Translations under genes and position numbers: made by a program
Notes under the pieces: generated by a model
The model's input: the letters and a program-made list of their open reading frames with translations, nothing else
What the model was told of the DNA's origin: nothing
Database searches by the model: none
Part shown: positions 19,993 through 29,986 of the stretch, in pieces
How positions within the stretch are numbered: the stretch's first letter is position 1
How the letters are laid out: the number at the start of each line of letters is the position of its first letter
Origin: Bacteroidetes bacterium OLB10
GTDB taxonomy: Bacteria > Bacteroidota > Bacteroidia > AKYH767-A > OLB10
DNA length: 64,000 bases
Direction of reading: 5' to 3'
Assembly (NCBI GenBank): GCA_001567275.1
Contig: LNBX01000043.1
Location: 44,351 to 108,350 of the forward strand

Positions 19993-21252
19993 TCACGTTT
20001 TTTGTTTTTTCTTTTTTGCAGCAGGAAACAAAACATTGTTTAGAATCAAACGATATCCCGGGCTGTTGGGGTGAAGATTCAAATCAGTGGGAGGGTCGCC
20101 AACCAAATGCTGATAATCTTCAGGGTCATGACCCCCGTAAAACGTCCAGGTGCCTTTGCCAAAATCACCATGAATATATTTTGCTTCGTTGGCGGCTTTG
20201 TTTTCACCCATAATCACCACATCAGGTTTAATCACGTTTTTATTGAATGCAGTTGTTTGTCCCATAAATCCTTTTATCACCTGCATGTGATTTTGACAGA
20301 GCATGGTTGGCACAGGATCCCACTTAGCCGAAAAATCAAACAGTGTAAACACATCTTCATCGCGAGGAACTCTCCGTGTTGTTGTAACATCAATATTCGA
20401 AAAACGATATTCAAGCGGATTGGTGCTTAGTTTATAATCACGGAAGGCAAATGTTTTAGAGTAATCGAGTTTTGAATTATAATCCGGTGTAGTGCCATCA
20501 CCATCATACATGCTTTCGCAAATATCCAGCCCTTCAGCAGAAAGTGCAATGTCGTAGGTGTCGGTTCCTGAGCACATGGTAAACAAAAATCCACCTCCTG
20601 CAACAAACTCTTTTATGCTTTTGGCAACAGCAAGTTTCATCTGCGATACTTTGGCAAAACCTAATTTGTGTGCCATACTTTCCATGCTGCGTTGCTGCTC
20701 CTGATACCATGGAGCATTGCGGTACATGGCGTAAAACTTCCCATATTGTCCTGTAAAATCTTCGTGGTGCAGATGTAGCCAGTCATACAGATTTAATTTT
20801 CCCTGCAATATTTCTTCGTCATAAATTACATCGTATGGTATTTCGGCATACGTCAGCGCCAGTGTTACAGCATCGTCCCAGGGACGTTTGTCTTTAGGTG
20901 AATACACACATATTTTGGGAACTTTTTCAAGTTTTACCACGTCCTCATTTACCTGCGGATCCAGAATTTCATTTACTATCTGCCCGGCTTGTGCTTCGGA
21001 AACCACCGTATAACTCACTCCTCTTAATTTCATTTCAGTTTCGAAGCGCTGGCTTTGTGGAAACATAAAACTTCCACCACGGTAGTTGAGCAACCAGTTT
21101 ATTTCTATACCACCCTGCAACACCCAGTAGGCTATGCCATACGCTTTCAGATGATTGGTCTGTGTATCATCCATCGGTATAAGTATTTGTGCAGAGTATG
21201 CAGGACGATGCATGAGCAGCACAAGCAGTAATAAAGAAATAATGCGTTTCAT
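19993..21252 (-). CDS. Conserved Bacteroidota secreted protein of unknown function
   Basis: 419 aa with a signal peptide and the N-terminal motif ILIPMDDTQTNHLKAYGIAYWVL. From memory, relatives are sometimes labelled asparagine synthetase B, but I see no Ntn-amidotransferase or AsnB synthetase motifs. Confidence 0.45.
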   Translation of the reverse strand: MKRIISLLLLVLLMHRPAYSAQILIPMDDTQTNHLKAYGIAYWVLQGGIEINWLLNYRGGSFMFPQSQRFETEMKLRGVSYTVVSEAQAGQIVNEILDPQVNEDVVKLEKVPKICVYSPKDKRPWDDAVTLALTYAEIPYDVIYDEEILQGKLNLYDWLHLHHEDFTGQYGKFYAMYRNAPWYQEQQRSMESMAHKLGFAKVSQMKLAVAKSIKEFVAGGGFLFTMCSGTDTYDIALSAEGLDICESMYDGDGTTPDYNSKLDYSKTFAFRDYKLSTNPLEYRFSNIDVTTTRRVPRDEDVFTLFDFSAKWDPVPTMLCQNHMQVIKGFMGQTTAFNKNVIKPDVVIMGENKAANEAKYIHGDFGKGTWTFYGGHDPEDYQHLVGDPPTDLNLHPNSPGYRLILNNVLFPAAKKKKQKT

Positions 21253-21273
21253 TTTTCTGTTTTTAATTAAACG

Positions 21274-23178
21274 TTATTCAATGATTACAGGTTTACTTTC
21301 ACGTTTTCCATCAGCAAACCACGAAACAAAATAAATTCCTTTTGCCCAGTTGTTTACACTGATATTTTTTGTTTTTTCTTTCACTGCATCTTCTTTCAAA
21401 AGAATTTTACCTGCAGCATCTGAAATTACTAACTGACCTGACGACTGATTTCGTATTTCAATCTTCAAATTATCTTTTACGGGATTAGGGTAAATGTCAA
21501 AAGAAGTTGTTGGATGAGACAGTGAAGGAATACCCAAACTTACCTGATTGTTGGCAGAGAGTATCCATAAATCAGGGTCGAACTCAACTGTTGATACCGG
21601 CCATGGGATTGTCGCAGTAAACAACTGACCTGAAAAAGTATGGTTAAACACCAATGTTGTGTCATGACCTGCACCACTGAACTTTACAGGTACCGGCATT
21701 TCAAAGAATGTAACCGATGGGTCAGACGTAGTTTGGTTAATCTGAACATACACCTGCTGATTATTTTGTGACCAGTTCACCTGATAGGCGGGATATCCCT
21801 GTTTGTAATACCACTGGTCGAAGAATACGTTGAGGTTTTGTCCGCTTGTATTCTGCAAATGTTGAATCAAGTCAGGTGTTTTTGCGTAACCGAATTTCAA
21901 TGCCGGGTCGTTTAGGTAATCCCTTAAAGCCTGAAAAAAAACAGCATCACCAAGTTTCCATCGAAGCATGTGCAGTAAGTAACTGCCCTTGTCATAAGTA
22001 AGCCTTCCGTTGAAAATACGGCTTACATCTGTTGTGTCAGTACATTTTACTGAGCCATCAGGCTGTGAGGTAATGTTACTTATTTTTTGTGATTTCCATG
22101 AGTACCATTGTGCCGGGAAATATCGCTCTTTGGTTAGTCCTTCAAAATAAGTGGCAAAGCCTTCGTTCAGCCAGATATCCTCCCAACTTCCGCATGTTAC
22201 CAAATCGCCAAACCACTGATGCGCACATTCATGTGCTATCAGACTCTGACCGTAGTTAATTACAAAACTCATCGTCTGATGTTCCATACCGCCACCCCAG
22301 TTAAACTGAGCGTGCCCGTACTTTTCATTTTTAAAAGGATATTCTATGGTAAGGCTGTCATACAGCTGAATAATGGGAATAATCTGTGGTGTTTGCGACT
22401 GTGCTGTTGCCAGATCTTCAGGGTACACATAGTTGAGCACCTGCAAACTGTCGCCTCCTGCCAAAGGAACATAATCGGAATATTCAGCATAATTTGTTAC
22501 AGCTATTGCCACCAGATAAGAAGAGATGGGATAATTACTTTTCCAGTGAACGGTTTTCTCACTGCCATTAAAAATTTCATTCATCAGTTTTCCGTTTGAT
22601 GCTACACGATACGAAGTATCTGTTGTAACAAACACATCAATGCTGTCAGCTTTATCGGTATTCAAACTCTTACATGGCCACCAGTCGCTCGAATAAAAAG
22701 GTTCTGACAAAGTCCATAATACAGGAGTACCGTTATGTGTACTGGTGTTAAACGAACCAAATCCTGAACCCGGTGGCACTCCCTGATAAACAATTTCAAC
22801 ACTGTCGAGTGTTCCCACAGGAAGTGTTGCAGGCAGCATTACTGTTAAAATATCATTGACATGCGAAAAGTTTACAGTTGCTGAATGATACATTACCGAA
22901 TCAACTGTAAGTGCTGAAACCAAATCAAACTCCAGTTGATTAGTGTTGCTTTTAGTTTCAAACAATGTCATCACACTTCCTGAAATATAAAGCTGTGAAG
23001 GGTCAATCTGCCAGTGGAAGCGGTGATATTTTACGTCATAATTACTTCCGGTGGTAAGCATACGTTGTGGAACATTCAGAAAAGCTGACGCTGACGCGCT
23101 GCGCTTACATTCCTGATATTGGGCATTTGTTTTTGCGAAACAAAAAACAGCTAATAACAGCAAGGCTGTTTTTTTCAT
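21274..23178 (-). CDS. M1 family metallopeptidase with T9SS C-terminal sorting domain
   Basis: 634 aa with a signal peptide. It has the GGMEH exopeptidase motif and the zinc site HECAHQWFGDLVTCGSWEDIWLNEGFATY (HExxH-18-E). The C-terminus is T9SS-like (FDIYPNPVKDNLKIEI ... GIYFV). Confidence 0.9.
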   Translation of the reverse strand: MKKTALLLLAVFCFAKTNAQYQECKRSASASAFLNVPQRMLTTGSNYDVKYHRFHWQIDPSQLYISGSVMTLFETKSNTNQLEFDLVSALTVDSVMYHSATVNFSHVNDILTVMLPATLPVGTLDSVEIVYQGVPPGSGFGSFNTSTHNGTPVLWTLSEPFYSSDWWPCKSLNTDKADSIDVFVTTDTSYRVASNGKLMNEIFNGSEKTVHWKSNYPISSYLVAIAVTNYAEYSDYVPLAGGDSLQVLNYVYPEDLATAQSQTPQIIPIIQLYDSLTIEYPFKNEKYGHAQFNWGGGMEHQTMSFVINYGQSLIAHECAHQWFGDLVTCGSWEDIWLNEGFATYFEGLTKERYFPAQWYSWKSQKISNITSQPDGSVKCTDTTDVSRIFNGRLTYDKGSYLLHMLRWKLGDAVFFQALRDYLNDPALKFGYAKTPDLIQHLQNTSGQNLNVFFDQWYYKQGYPAYQVNWSQNNQQVYVQINQTTSDPSVTFFEMPVPVKFSGAGHDTTLVFNHTFSGQLFTATIPWPVSTVEFDPDLWILSANNQVSLGIPSLSHPTTSFDIYPNPVKDNLKIEIRNQSSGQLVISDAAGKILLKEDAVKEKTKNISVNNWAKGIYFVSWFADGKRESKPVIIE

Positions 23179-23189
23179 TGCGATAAATA

Positions 23190-23847
23190 TTATTTGTTTT
23201 CCTGCAGTAATAAATCAATATCGGTGAGCAACCGGTTTACATCAGTAGAATCGGTGCCGTCATAATATCCTCTGATTCGTTTATCCTTATCCACCAATGC
23301 AAAAATTTTGTGTATGTATAAAGTCATCCGGGCCACCGTCACCTTTTGATGCAATAGAAAGATAGGAGGTACGTGCCAGATCGTAAATTTGTTTTTTATC
23401 TCCCGTAACAAAAAACCATTTCCCTGATACTGCATGATGCATGTCAGCATATTCTTTCAGCACGGCAGGTGTATCATATTCCGGATTTACTGAGTGCGAT
23501 ATAATAAGTACATTGGGATTGTTGGCATATTTTTCAGCCACACGTTCCATTTGTGTTGACATGACAGGGCAAATACTTCTGCACGTAGTGAAGAAAAAAT
23601 CAGCTACATAAATTTTTCCGTCAAAGGTGTGGTTGGTAATGGTATCTCCATCCTGATCAATCAGACTGAAAGGCTGCACATGGTGTGAAGCTTTTGTTTC
23701 TTCATTGGTTGGACCATAAATGGGTAAAGTACGCAGTGGGCCGTCATTGCAGGATGTCCACAAAAGCGAAAGACCAAGAAGGAATAATATGATTACCCAC
23801 TCCAAAAGTGGCACTGCCCATAGCCGTTTAAAAGAAAAGCTATTCAT
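23190..23847 (-). pseudogene. SCO1/SenC family copper chaperone, frameshifted as assembled
   Basis: ORF 23287-23847 carries the SCO fold and the CxxxC motif (FFFTTCRSICP). ORF 23190-23450 supplies the missing C-terminus (ALVDKDKRIRGYYDG). The two frames join if one base is removed from the run at 23301-23309 (A5T4 on the plus strand). The span is 658 nt, which is 219 codons plus 1. Confidence 0.75.
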
Positions 23848-24158
23848 TTATCTGTTAAATATGCAGAAGGGTTTTTTATAAAATCTTCTTTGCAGGATGC
23901 GCCACAGAATGCATAAATCTTTCCGTCAACCATAGCTGTATCCGAATATTCTTCTTTGACTGACATCATACACACCGGATCAATATCTGAAGCCAATGCA
24001 ATTTTTGGTTTCTCTGTTTCGGATTTTTGTTCAAGCGCAGGTGCGGTAAGTACTTCCGGCTCTTTGGGTTTATTCTGGCATGCAGCTACAACAAATACTA
24101 AAGGAAGAATTAATTTTCTCATTATTTCATTTTTACTGTGTAAAAGTAAGCAATACAT
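23844..24158 (-). CDS. YHS domain lipoprotein (putative copper-binding)
   Basis: 104 aa with a lipobox (VVAAC) and a YHS-type motif (DPVCMMSV ... YAFCGASCKEDFIKNP). It overlaps the SCO1 gene start by 4 nt. Confidence 0.7.
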   Translation of the reverse strand: MYCLLLHSKNEIMRKLILPLVFVVAACQNKPKEPEVLTAPALEQKSETEKPKIALASDIDPVCMMSVKEEYSDTAMVDGKIYAFCGASCKEDFIKNPSAYLTDK

Positions 24159-24253
24159 ACTATACTTTTACTGATTTAAGTCGTATTTTTAACAGCCGAT
24201 TCTCATTTCATTATAAGTGAACAAATAAGAAGATTTTTGTAATATATAAACGT

Positions 24254-24748
24254 ATGAAACTTAATAAACTTTTCATTCTTGGATTTTTTTTATTTACAAC
24301 CGGCAATGTGTTTGCACAACAAAAATTCGAAGTGTATCATCCTGATGCCGATGCACGTCAACAGGTAGATGAAGCAGTTGTTAGAGCTGCAGCGGAACAT
24401 AAGAACGTTTTTCTTTTTATAGGAGGAAACTGGTGCGGATGGTGTCGAAAATTTTATAAGTTCAGCAAAGAGGATTTTCAGATTGACTCACTGATGAAGG
24501 CTGATTATATTGTGGAACATATCAATTTCAGCAAGGAAAACCGCAATTTGCCATTAATGCAGGAACTGGATTTCCCTCAGCGGTTTGGTTTTCCGGTATT
24601 TGTTATATTGGACGAAAAAGGAAAAAGAATCCATACCCAAAACTCAGGCTACCTCGAAGAAGGTGAGGGTTACAGCAAGAAAAAAGTAATGGAGTTTTTG
24701 CAGCAATGGAGTCCTGCTGCTTTAGAGCCTGCTCAATACGAACAGTAA
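24254..24748 (+). CDS. Secreted thioredoxin-fold protein
   Basis: 164 aa with a signal peptide and a CxxC motif in thioredoxin-like context (FIGGNWCGWCRKF). Confidence 0.7.
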   Translation: MKLNKLFILGFFLFTTGNVFAQQKFEVYHPDADARQQVDEAVVRAAAEHKNVFLFIGGNWCGWCRKFYKFSKEDFQIDSLMKADYIVEHINFSKENRNLPLMQELDFPQRFGFPVFVILDEKGKRIHTQNSGYLEEGEGYSKKKVMEFLQQWSPAALEPAQYEQ

Positions 24749-26116
24749 TCAGTAAACCGGATTTTTAATTGCAGCTCCTTTTTGAGTGTACAGGAGTGAG
24801 AGTTGTTTATTCCCTTTTTGTTTGTAAATGCGACTGAGGCTGTCGTAGGCAGTCACACAATTGGGATAATGTGCAATATTGAGTTTTAAAATTTTAATAG
24901 CATCATCCAATTGGCGTTTGCGAATTAAATTATTGCCCATCGCAAGAAATTTGTTCATGCTTACTCCGGCATCTTCTTCAGGTTGTTTTTTGATTCGTAT
25001 AGAGGCCAGTTCTTTCTGGATTTTTTCCATGCGTGTGATAAAGAAATCAGCCGGGATAGTGCCATCCATTAAGTCATCACTGTACGATTCCATACATTGT
25101 TTCAGCAGGTGAATATCCTGTCGCGTTCCTTTGCGGTTCTTTTTATATGCAGCAAACTGTTTTTCTCCCTGTACTAGCCACATGGAGTCTTTATCGGCAT
25201 TCAGAAAATTTTCGAAAATTACAATATTGGCAAGCGCAATCTGAGAGTAGTTCTGTGATTCATTCTTAAAACCTCCACATTCAGTATTCCAAATTTTGGT
25301 AAATAAGTCTATACCTCCTTTATCCGGTTTAAGTTGATTGATTACACATGCTACATTACCCGGGCCTGCATGATAAGCATGCAGCACAAGTAACCTGAAC
25401 CATAAATCTTCTTCATTGTACGAAACGTTATTTGCATCCAGTACAGCTTTTACTTTTGGAATGCAGGAGTGCTTAAGTAATTGTGATGCTGCAAAAGCGG
25501 CTCTGTTTAAGTCAGTCCGCTCGTCAACTTTTGAATTAACTCTCAAGCCATATTTGATGGCAACACTTTTCATCAGCTGAAAAGGCCCGTTAGCTCCCAC
25601 ATAAGATTTGTTATGGTTTTTTCCGGGATTTTCAATCAACAAAATGGTTTGAGCATACCAGGGATCAACAGAGTTGGTGTTAAATACTTTAATTGCGCTG
25701 TTTATGGTAGGAATTACTCTTTTGTACTCATAAAATTCTTTCTTGCCAAATGTTACATATAATGAGGTGTTGGTATCAAGACCATTGGCTAAATTGATAA
25801 ATTTCTTATATGCTGTTTTTTCAGTTTCATTCTGGCATGTCCAGTCGGCAAAAGGTATTTTATGTAAAACCTGTCTTGACGATGACACATTTATCAAAGC
25901 TGTATCGGCATTCAAACCAATTACTTGTTGCCAGAATTTAACTTGTTGTAAAGTATCCCAATGTTCTCTGAACAAAACAGCATTAGACACAAAACTCATT
26001 TTTGCAGTGTCACTTACACCACATACCGTACGGCTCACCATTGTAGTGGTAGCTGATACACTGCCAATGATGCCAAAAAGCAGAAAACAGGTATTTATTG
26101 TTTTTAACTTCATCAA
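24749..26116 (-). CDS. Lytic transglycosylase (SLT) domain protein with C-terminal TPR
   Basis: 455 aa with a signal peptide. The SLT-like catalytic region is LLIENPG ... GANGPFQLM. The C-terminus has TPR-like repeats. Confidence 0.65.
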   Translation of the reverse strand: MMKLKTINTCFLLFGIIGSVSATTTMVSRTVCGVSDTAKMSFVSNAVLFREHWDTLQQVKFWQQVIGLNADTALINVSSSRQVLHKIPFADWTCQNETEKTAYKKFINLANGLDTNTSLYVTFGKKEFYEYKRVIPTINSAIKVFNTNSVDPWYAQTILLIENPGKNHNKSYVGANGPFQLMKSVAIKYGLRVNSKVDERTDLNRAAFAASQLLKHSCIPKVKAVLDANNVSYNEEDLWFRLLVLHAYHAGPGNVACVINQLKPDKGGIDLFTKIWNTECGGFKNESQNYSQIALANIVIFENFLNADKDSMWLVQGEKQFAAYKKNRKGTRQDIHLLKQCMESYSDDLMDGTIPADFFITRMEKIQKELASIRIKKQPEEDAGVSMNKFLAMGNNLIRKRQLDDAIKILKLNIAHYPNCVTAYDSLSRIYKQKGNKQLSLLYTQKGAAIKNPVY

Positions 26117-26376
26117 TCTAACGAAACATACGCAGATGTTACAACGCAGTTTTGTCTTTTTTTCTGTTTAACTTACAATTCACAAAAGTATCACTCAATA
26201 ACCTTTTGGATTTTTATGATGCTAAGATATTATAAAATCTTTATCAACACAATTAAAAATGAATGAGAAGTGCTCTGATTTCAGGTTATTTTACCATTGC
26301 GATGTATTTGTTTTGGTGATGTGGATAAAATAAATCAAAATTTTCAATGTAAATTTTTTAGCAGCATTTCAAATAT

Positions 26377-26384
26377 TACATTTG
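26377..26384 (+). promoter_or_regulatory. -7 promoter element (TAcaTTTG) immediately upstream of pyrR
   Basis: TACATTTG ends 6 nt before the ATG at 26391. This argues against the TTG start at 26382 used in the track. Confidence 0.4.
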
Positions 26385-26390
26385 CAAACC

Positions 26391-26957
26391 ATGACACGGT
26401 TGATACTCTCAGAAAAACAGATGGGCATAACCATCCAGCGTATGTGTCATCAATTGGTTGAAAATCATGATGATTTTTCTAATAGCTGCATTATAGGACT
26501 TCAGCCAAGAGGAATTTTTCTTTCAAAAAGAATTGTGCAGCACCTGCAGAAATGGAATCCTAAAAACAAACTGAAGTATGGGGCTTTGGATATTACTTTC
26601 TACAGAGATGATTACAGACGGAGTGAAAAACTGCTGGTACCATCACGCACAGATATAGACTTTGTGGTAGAAGGGAAAAAAGTCATACTGGTAGATGATG
26701 TATTGTTCACCGGTCGTACCATACGCGCAGCAATGGATGCATTACTGGCTTTTGGCCGACCTGAGAAAGTAGAATTACTGGTACTGATTGACAGAAAATT
26801 CAGCAGACATTTACCTATTGAACCGGATTATACAGGTGATGCCATTGATTCAATTGACAGTGACAAAGTGAATGTGGAATGGAAAGAAAATGGCAAAGAA
26901 GACGGAGTATGGTTAGTTTCAAAATCGAAATCAAATGCAACGAAAACTAAGCGTTAA
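26391..26957 (+). CDS. pyrR: Bifunctional pyrimidine operon regulator / uracil phosphoribosyltransferase PyrR
   Basis: It has a PRTase motif (VILVDDVLFTGRTIRAA) and a PyrR-like N-terminus. It overlaps pyrB by 23 nt. I chose the ATG at 26391 over the TTG at 26382. Confidence 0.9.
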   Translation: MTRLILSEKQMGITIQRMCHQLVENHDDFSNSCIIGLQPRGIFLSKRIVQHLQKWNPKNKLKYGALDITFYRDDYRRSEKLLVPSRTDIDFVVEGKKVILVDDVLFTGRTIRAAMDALLAFGRPEKVELLVLIDRKFSRHLPIEPDYTGDAIDSIDSDKVNVEWKENGKEDGVWLVSKSKSNATKTKR

Positions 26958-27867
26958 ACATCTGATTGGAATTAAGGGGCTTGTTCCTTCCGATATTGAG
27001 TTGATTTTTGAAACAGCTCAGACTTTTAAAGAAGTCATCAACAGGCCAATAAAGAAGGTGCCTTCCATGCGCGATGTTACTGTAGTAAATTTGTTTTTCG
27101 AAAATTCAACGAGAACCAGATTATCTTTTGAACTGGCAGAGAAAAGACTTTCTGCAGATGTTCTCAATTTTACTGCATCATCGTCTTCAGTAAGCAAAGG
27201 TGAAACACTTATTGATACAGTGAACAATATACTTGCCATGAAAGTGGATATGGTAGTAATGCGTCACCCCAAACCGGGAGCAGCTTTATTCCTGTCACAA
27301 AAAGTAAATTCCATCATTGTGAATGCCGGTGACGGTACGCATGAACACCCAACACAGGCTTTACTGGATGCATTTTCAATAAGAGAAGCATTGGGAGAGT
27401 TGAAAGGGAAGAAAGTTGTAATTGTTGGCGATATTCTTCATTCAAGGGTTGCATTATCCAATATTTATTGTCTGCAGAAGATGGGAGCAGAGGTAATGGT
27501 GTGTGGTCCCCCCACACTTATTCCAAAATATATAGATGAATTAGGTGTTAAAGTAGAAACGAATCTGTTCAAAGCATTATCGTGGTGCGATGTAGCCAAT
27601 GTGCTGCGCATTCAGCTGGAAAGGCAGGATATTAAATATTTCCCATCATTGCGTGATTATATATTGCAGTATGGCATTAACGCTGAAATACTGAATAAAG
27701 TAAATAAGAAAATCACCATCATGCATCCCGGTCCAATCAACCGTGGAGTAGAAATTACCAGTGATGTTGCCGACAGCAAACAGTCTATTATTCTCGATCA
27801 GGTTGAGAATGGTGTAGCCGTGAGGATGGCTGTACTTTATTTACTTGGAGGGCAACAAAATAGCTGA
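26935..27867 (+). CDS. pyrB: Aspartate carbamoyltransferase catalytic subunit
   Basis: 310 aa. Motifs: ENSTRTRLSFE, HPTQALLD, VGDILHSRV, HPGP. Confidence 0.95.
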   Translation: MQRKLSVKHLIGIKGLVPSDIELIFETAQTFKEVINRPIKKVPSMRDVTVVNLFFENSTRTRLSFELAEKRLSADVLNFTASSSSVSKGETLIDTVNNILAMKVDMVVMRHPKPGAALFLSQKVNSIIVNAGDGTHEHPTQALLDAFSIREALGELKGKKVVIVGDILHSRVALSNIYCLQKMGAEVMVCGPPTLIPKYIDELGVKVETNLFKALSWCDVANVLRIQLERQDIKYFPSLRDYILQYGINAEILNKVNKKITIMHPGPINRGVEITSDVADSKQSIILDQVENGVAVRMAVLYLLGGQQNS

Positions 27868-27924
27868 TTTGCAATATTCAATTCAAGTTCTTTATATTTG
27901 TTATCACTTTATTTAATCAGAAAT

Positions 27925-28281
27925 ATGCATTACACCTTAGACAAGAAAGAAAAATACGCAGTGCTTAAGCTTCACGAACAGAAACTTAATACACTTATTT
28001 CCGCTGAACTCAAATCTGAACTGTTAATTCTGAACAGTCAGGGATATATCAATATCTTACTCGACCTCACCGACACCAATTATTGCGATTCTTCAGGACT
28101 GAGTGCAATTTTGGTTGGAAACAGAATCTGCAGAAATGCAAATGGAAATTTTATAGTAACTGAAATCAGTGAGCCTGTAAAAAAACTTATTTCCATCTCT
28201 CAGCTGGATTCGGTGTTAACCATCATTCCAACACTGGATGACGCACTGGCTCAGATTGCCAAAGCTACATCTGTAAATTAA
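27925..28281 (+). CDS. STAS domain protein (anti-sigma-factor antagonist-like)
   Basis: The SpoIIAA-like layout includes the conserved DSSGL motif (YCDSSGLSAIL). The ATG at 27925 is preferred over the upstream TTG at 27898. Confidence 0.75.
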   Translation: MHYTLDKKEKYAVLKLHEQKLNTLISAELKSELLILNSQGYINILLDLTDTNYCDSSGLSAILVGNRICRNANGNFIVTEISEPVKKLISISQLDSVLTIIPTLDDALAQIAKATSVN

Positions 28282-28302
28282 ATTTTAGAAAAATATAAAA
28301 TC

Positions 28303-29065
28303 ATGCTTAGAAAACTACTCTTCACAGCTTCAATTATTGCTTCAGGCTTATTTGCCAATGCACAATGTGTTCCTGATGTAACTATCACCGACCCCGGAGT
28401 GTATCCCGACAGTGCCACCGGCCTGGCTGTTGGAGTGGTGGGTGTGCCTTATAATCAGGTGATTCAGGTACGTACTTTTTTTGGATACTGTTGTTACTGT
28501 TCCACCTTTCGGCACAGTAAATTTTCAGTTGGATTCTATTACTATAACCGGAGTAAGTGGTTTACCTCCTGGAATTACTTATGCATGCAACCCCGGAACC
28601 TGCAAGTTTTTAGCAAGCAGCAATGGATGTCTTCTGCTTTCAGGAACTCCTGTTACAGCAGGTGTTTATCCAATTACAGTAGATGTGATGGCTAAAGGAA
28701 AATTAACCAATCTTGGAAATCTTTCTTTCTCACAACCACAGTCGGTAACTTATTATACCATTACCATTGATACCAATTCAGGCATAATGGAATTGTTGCC
28801 TAAGGATAAGTTAAGCATGTCACAAAATTTGCCAAATCCATATCGTGACAAGTCAGTAATTTATTTTAATACTCCATCAGGCGGCAAACTTGAGTTTAAA
28901 GTATTTAATATTTTAGGAAAAGTTGTATTCAGCGATTGGATAACTGCAAAAAGAGGAGTGAACACTTATACACTTGATGCTGCAAAATTCAATTCAGGAA
29001 TTTACATGTATTCGTTAACATCAGGTACATCTACCGTAACACGCAGAATGGTTGTAGCCAAATAA
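28303..29065 (+). pseudogene. Small T9SS-sorted secreted protein, frameshifted as assembled
   Basis: ORF 28303-28695 supplies the signal peptide (..LFANAQC). ORF 28481-29065 supplies the body and a T9SS C-terminal domain (NLPNPYRDKSVIYF ... GIYMYSL). The frames join if the T7 run at 28476-28482 is read as T6. The span is 763 nt, which is 254 codons plus 1. Confidence 0.7.
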
Positions 29066-29979
29066 TGAATTTTGAAGTAACGATTTTAGGAAGCAGCTCA
29101 GCAACTCCTATCTTTCAAAGACATCCCACCGCTCAGGTACTTAACATACGTGAGCGGTTTTTTTTGGTTGATTGCGGTGAAGGTACTCAGGCACAGTTTC
29201 TGAAATACAAGGTGCGTCTCAGTAAAATTACTCATATTTTCATTTCGCACCTGCATGGCGATCATTATCTCGGGCTTGTCGGATTACTGTCAACCATGCA
29301 CCTGCAGGGACGCACCAATGAGATTCATGTTTACGGACAAGCAGAGTTAATGGATGTTATAGAACTTCAGCTGAGGCTCTCGATGACGAGGCTTCGCTAT
29401 CAGATAATTTTTCATCCCATCAAACATTTTGCACCGGCTATCATTTTAGAAGATGAGGATATGATAGTAAAAACAATCATTCTCAATCACCGTATTCCCT
29501 GTACCGGATTTTTGTTTAAAGAAAAACCCAAGCCACGTAAATTACTTGTCAATAAACTTCAGCAGTATAACATTCCGTTTTCATTTTATGGCAAATTAAA
29601 AGATGGTTTTGATTACAGAGATGTGGATGGCAATGTTATTGCCAATGATGAGTTAACCATTTCTTCGAGGGCACCACGTTCTTATGCATTTTGCAGCGAC
29701 ACTGTTTATGACGAATCTATCATCAATGAGATAAGAGGTGTGGATTTGCTTTATCACGAAGCAACTTTTTTGCATGATATGGTTGAGCGTGCACAAACTA
29801 CTTTTCATACTACAAGCCTGCAGGCTGCCACCATTGCCAAAAAAGCAGAAGTGAAAAAATTAATTATCGGACATTTTTCAGCCCGTTACAAAGAACTTCA
29901 TCCGTTACTTGACGAAGCAAGAACTGTTTTCCCGAATACAGAACTGGCTATAGAAGGAAATCGTTTTGAAGTAGAATAA
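29065..29979 (+). CDS. rnz: Ribonuclease Z
   Basis: 304 aa metallo-beta-lactamase fold with HLHGDHYLGL and a C-terminal GHFSARY motif. Confidence 0.9.
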   Translation: MNFEVTILGSSSATPIFQRHPTAQVLNIRERFFLVDCGEGTQAQFLKYKVRLSKITHIFISHLHGDHYLGLVGLLSTMHLQGRTNEIHVYGQAELMDVIELQLRLSMTRLRYQIIFHPIKHFAPAIILEDEDMIVKTIILNHRIPCTGFLFKEKPKPRKLLVNKLQQYNIPFSFYGKLKDGFDYRDVDGNVIANDELTISSRAPRSYAFCSDTVYDESIINEIRGVDLLYHEATFLHDMVERAQTTFHTTSLQAATIAKKAEVKKLIIGHFSARYKELHPLLDEARTVFPNTELAIEGNRFEVE

Positions 29980-29986
29980 ACCGTTT

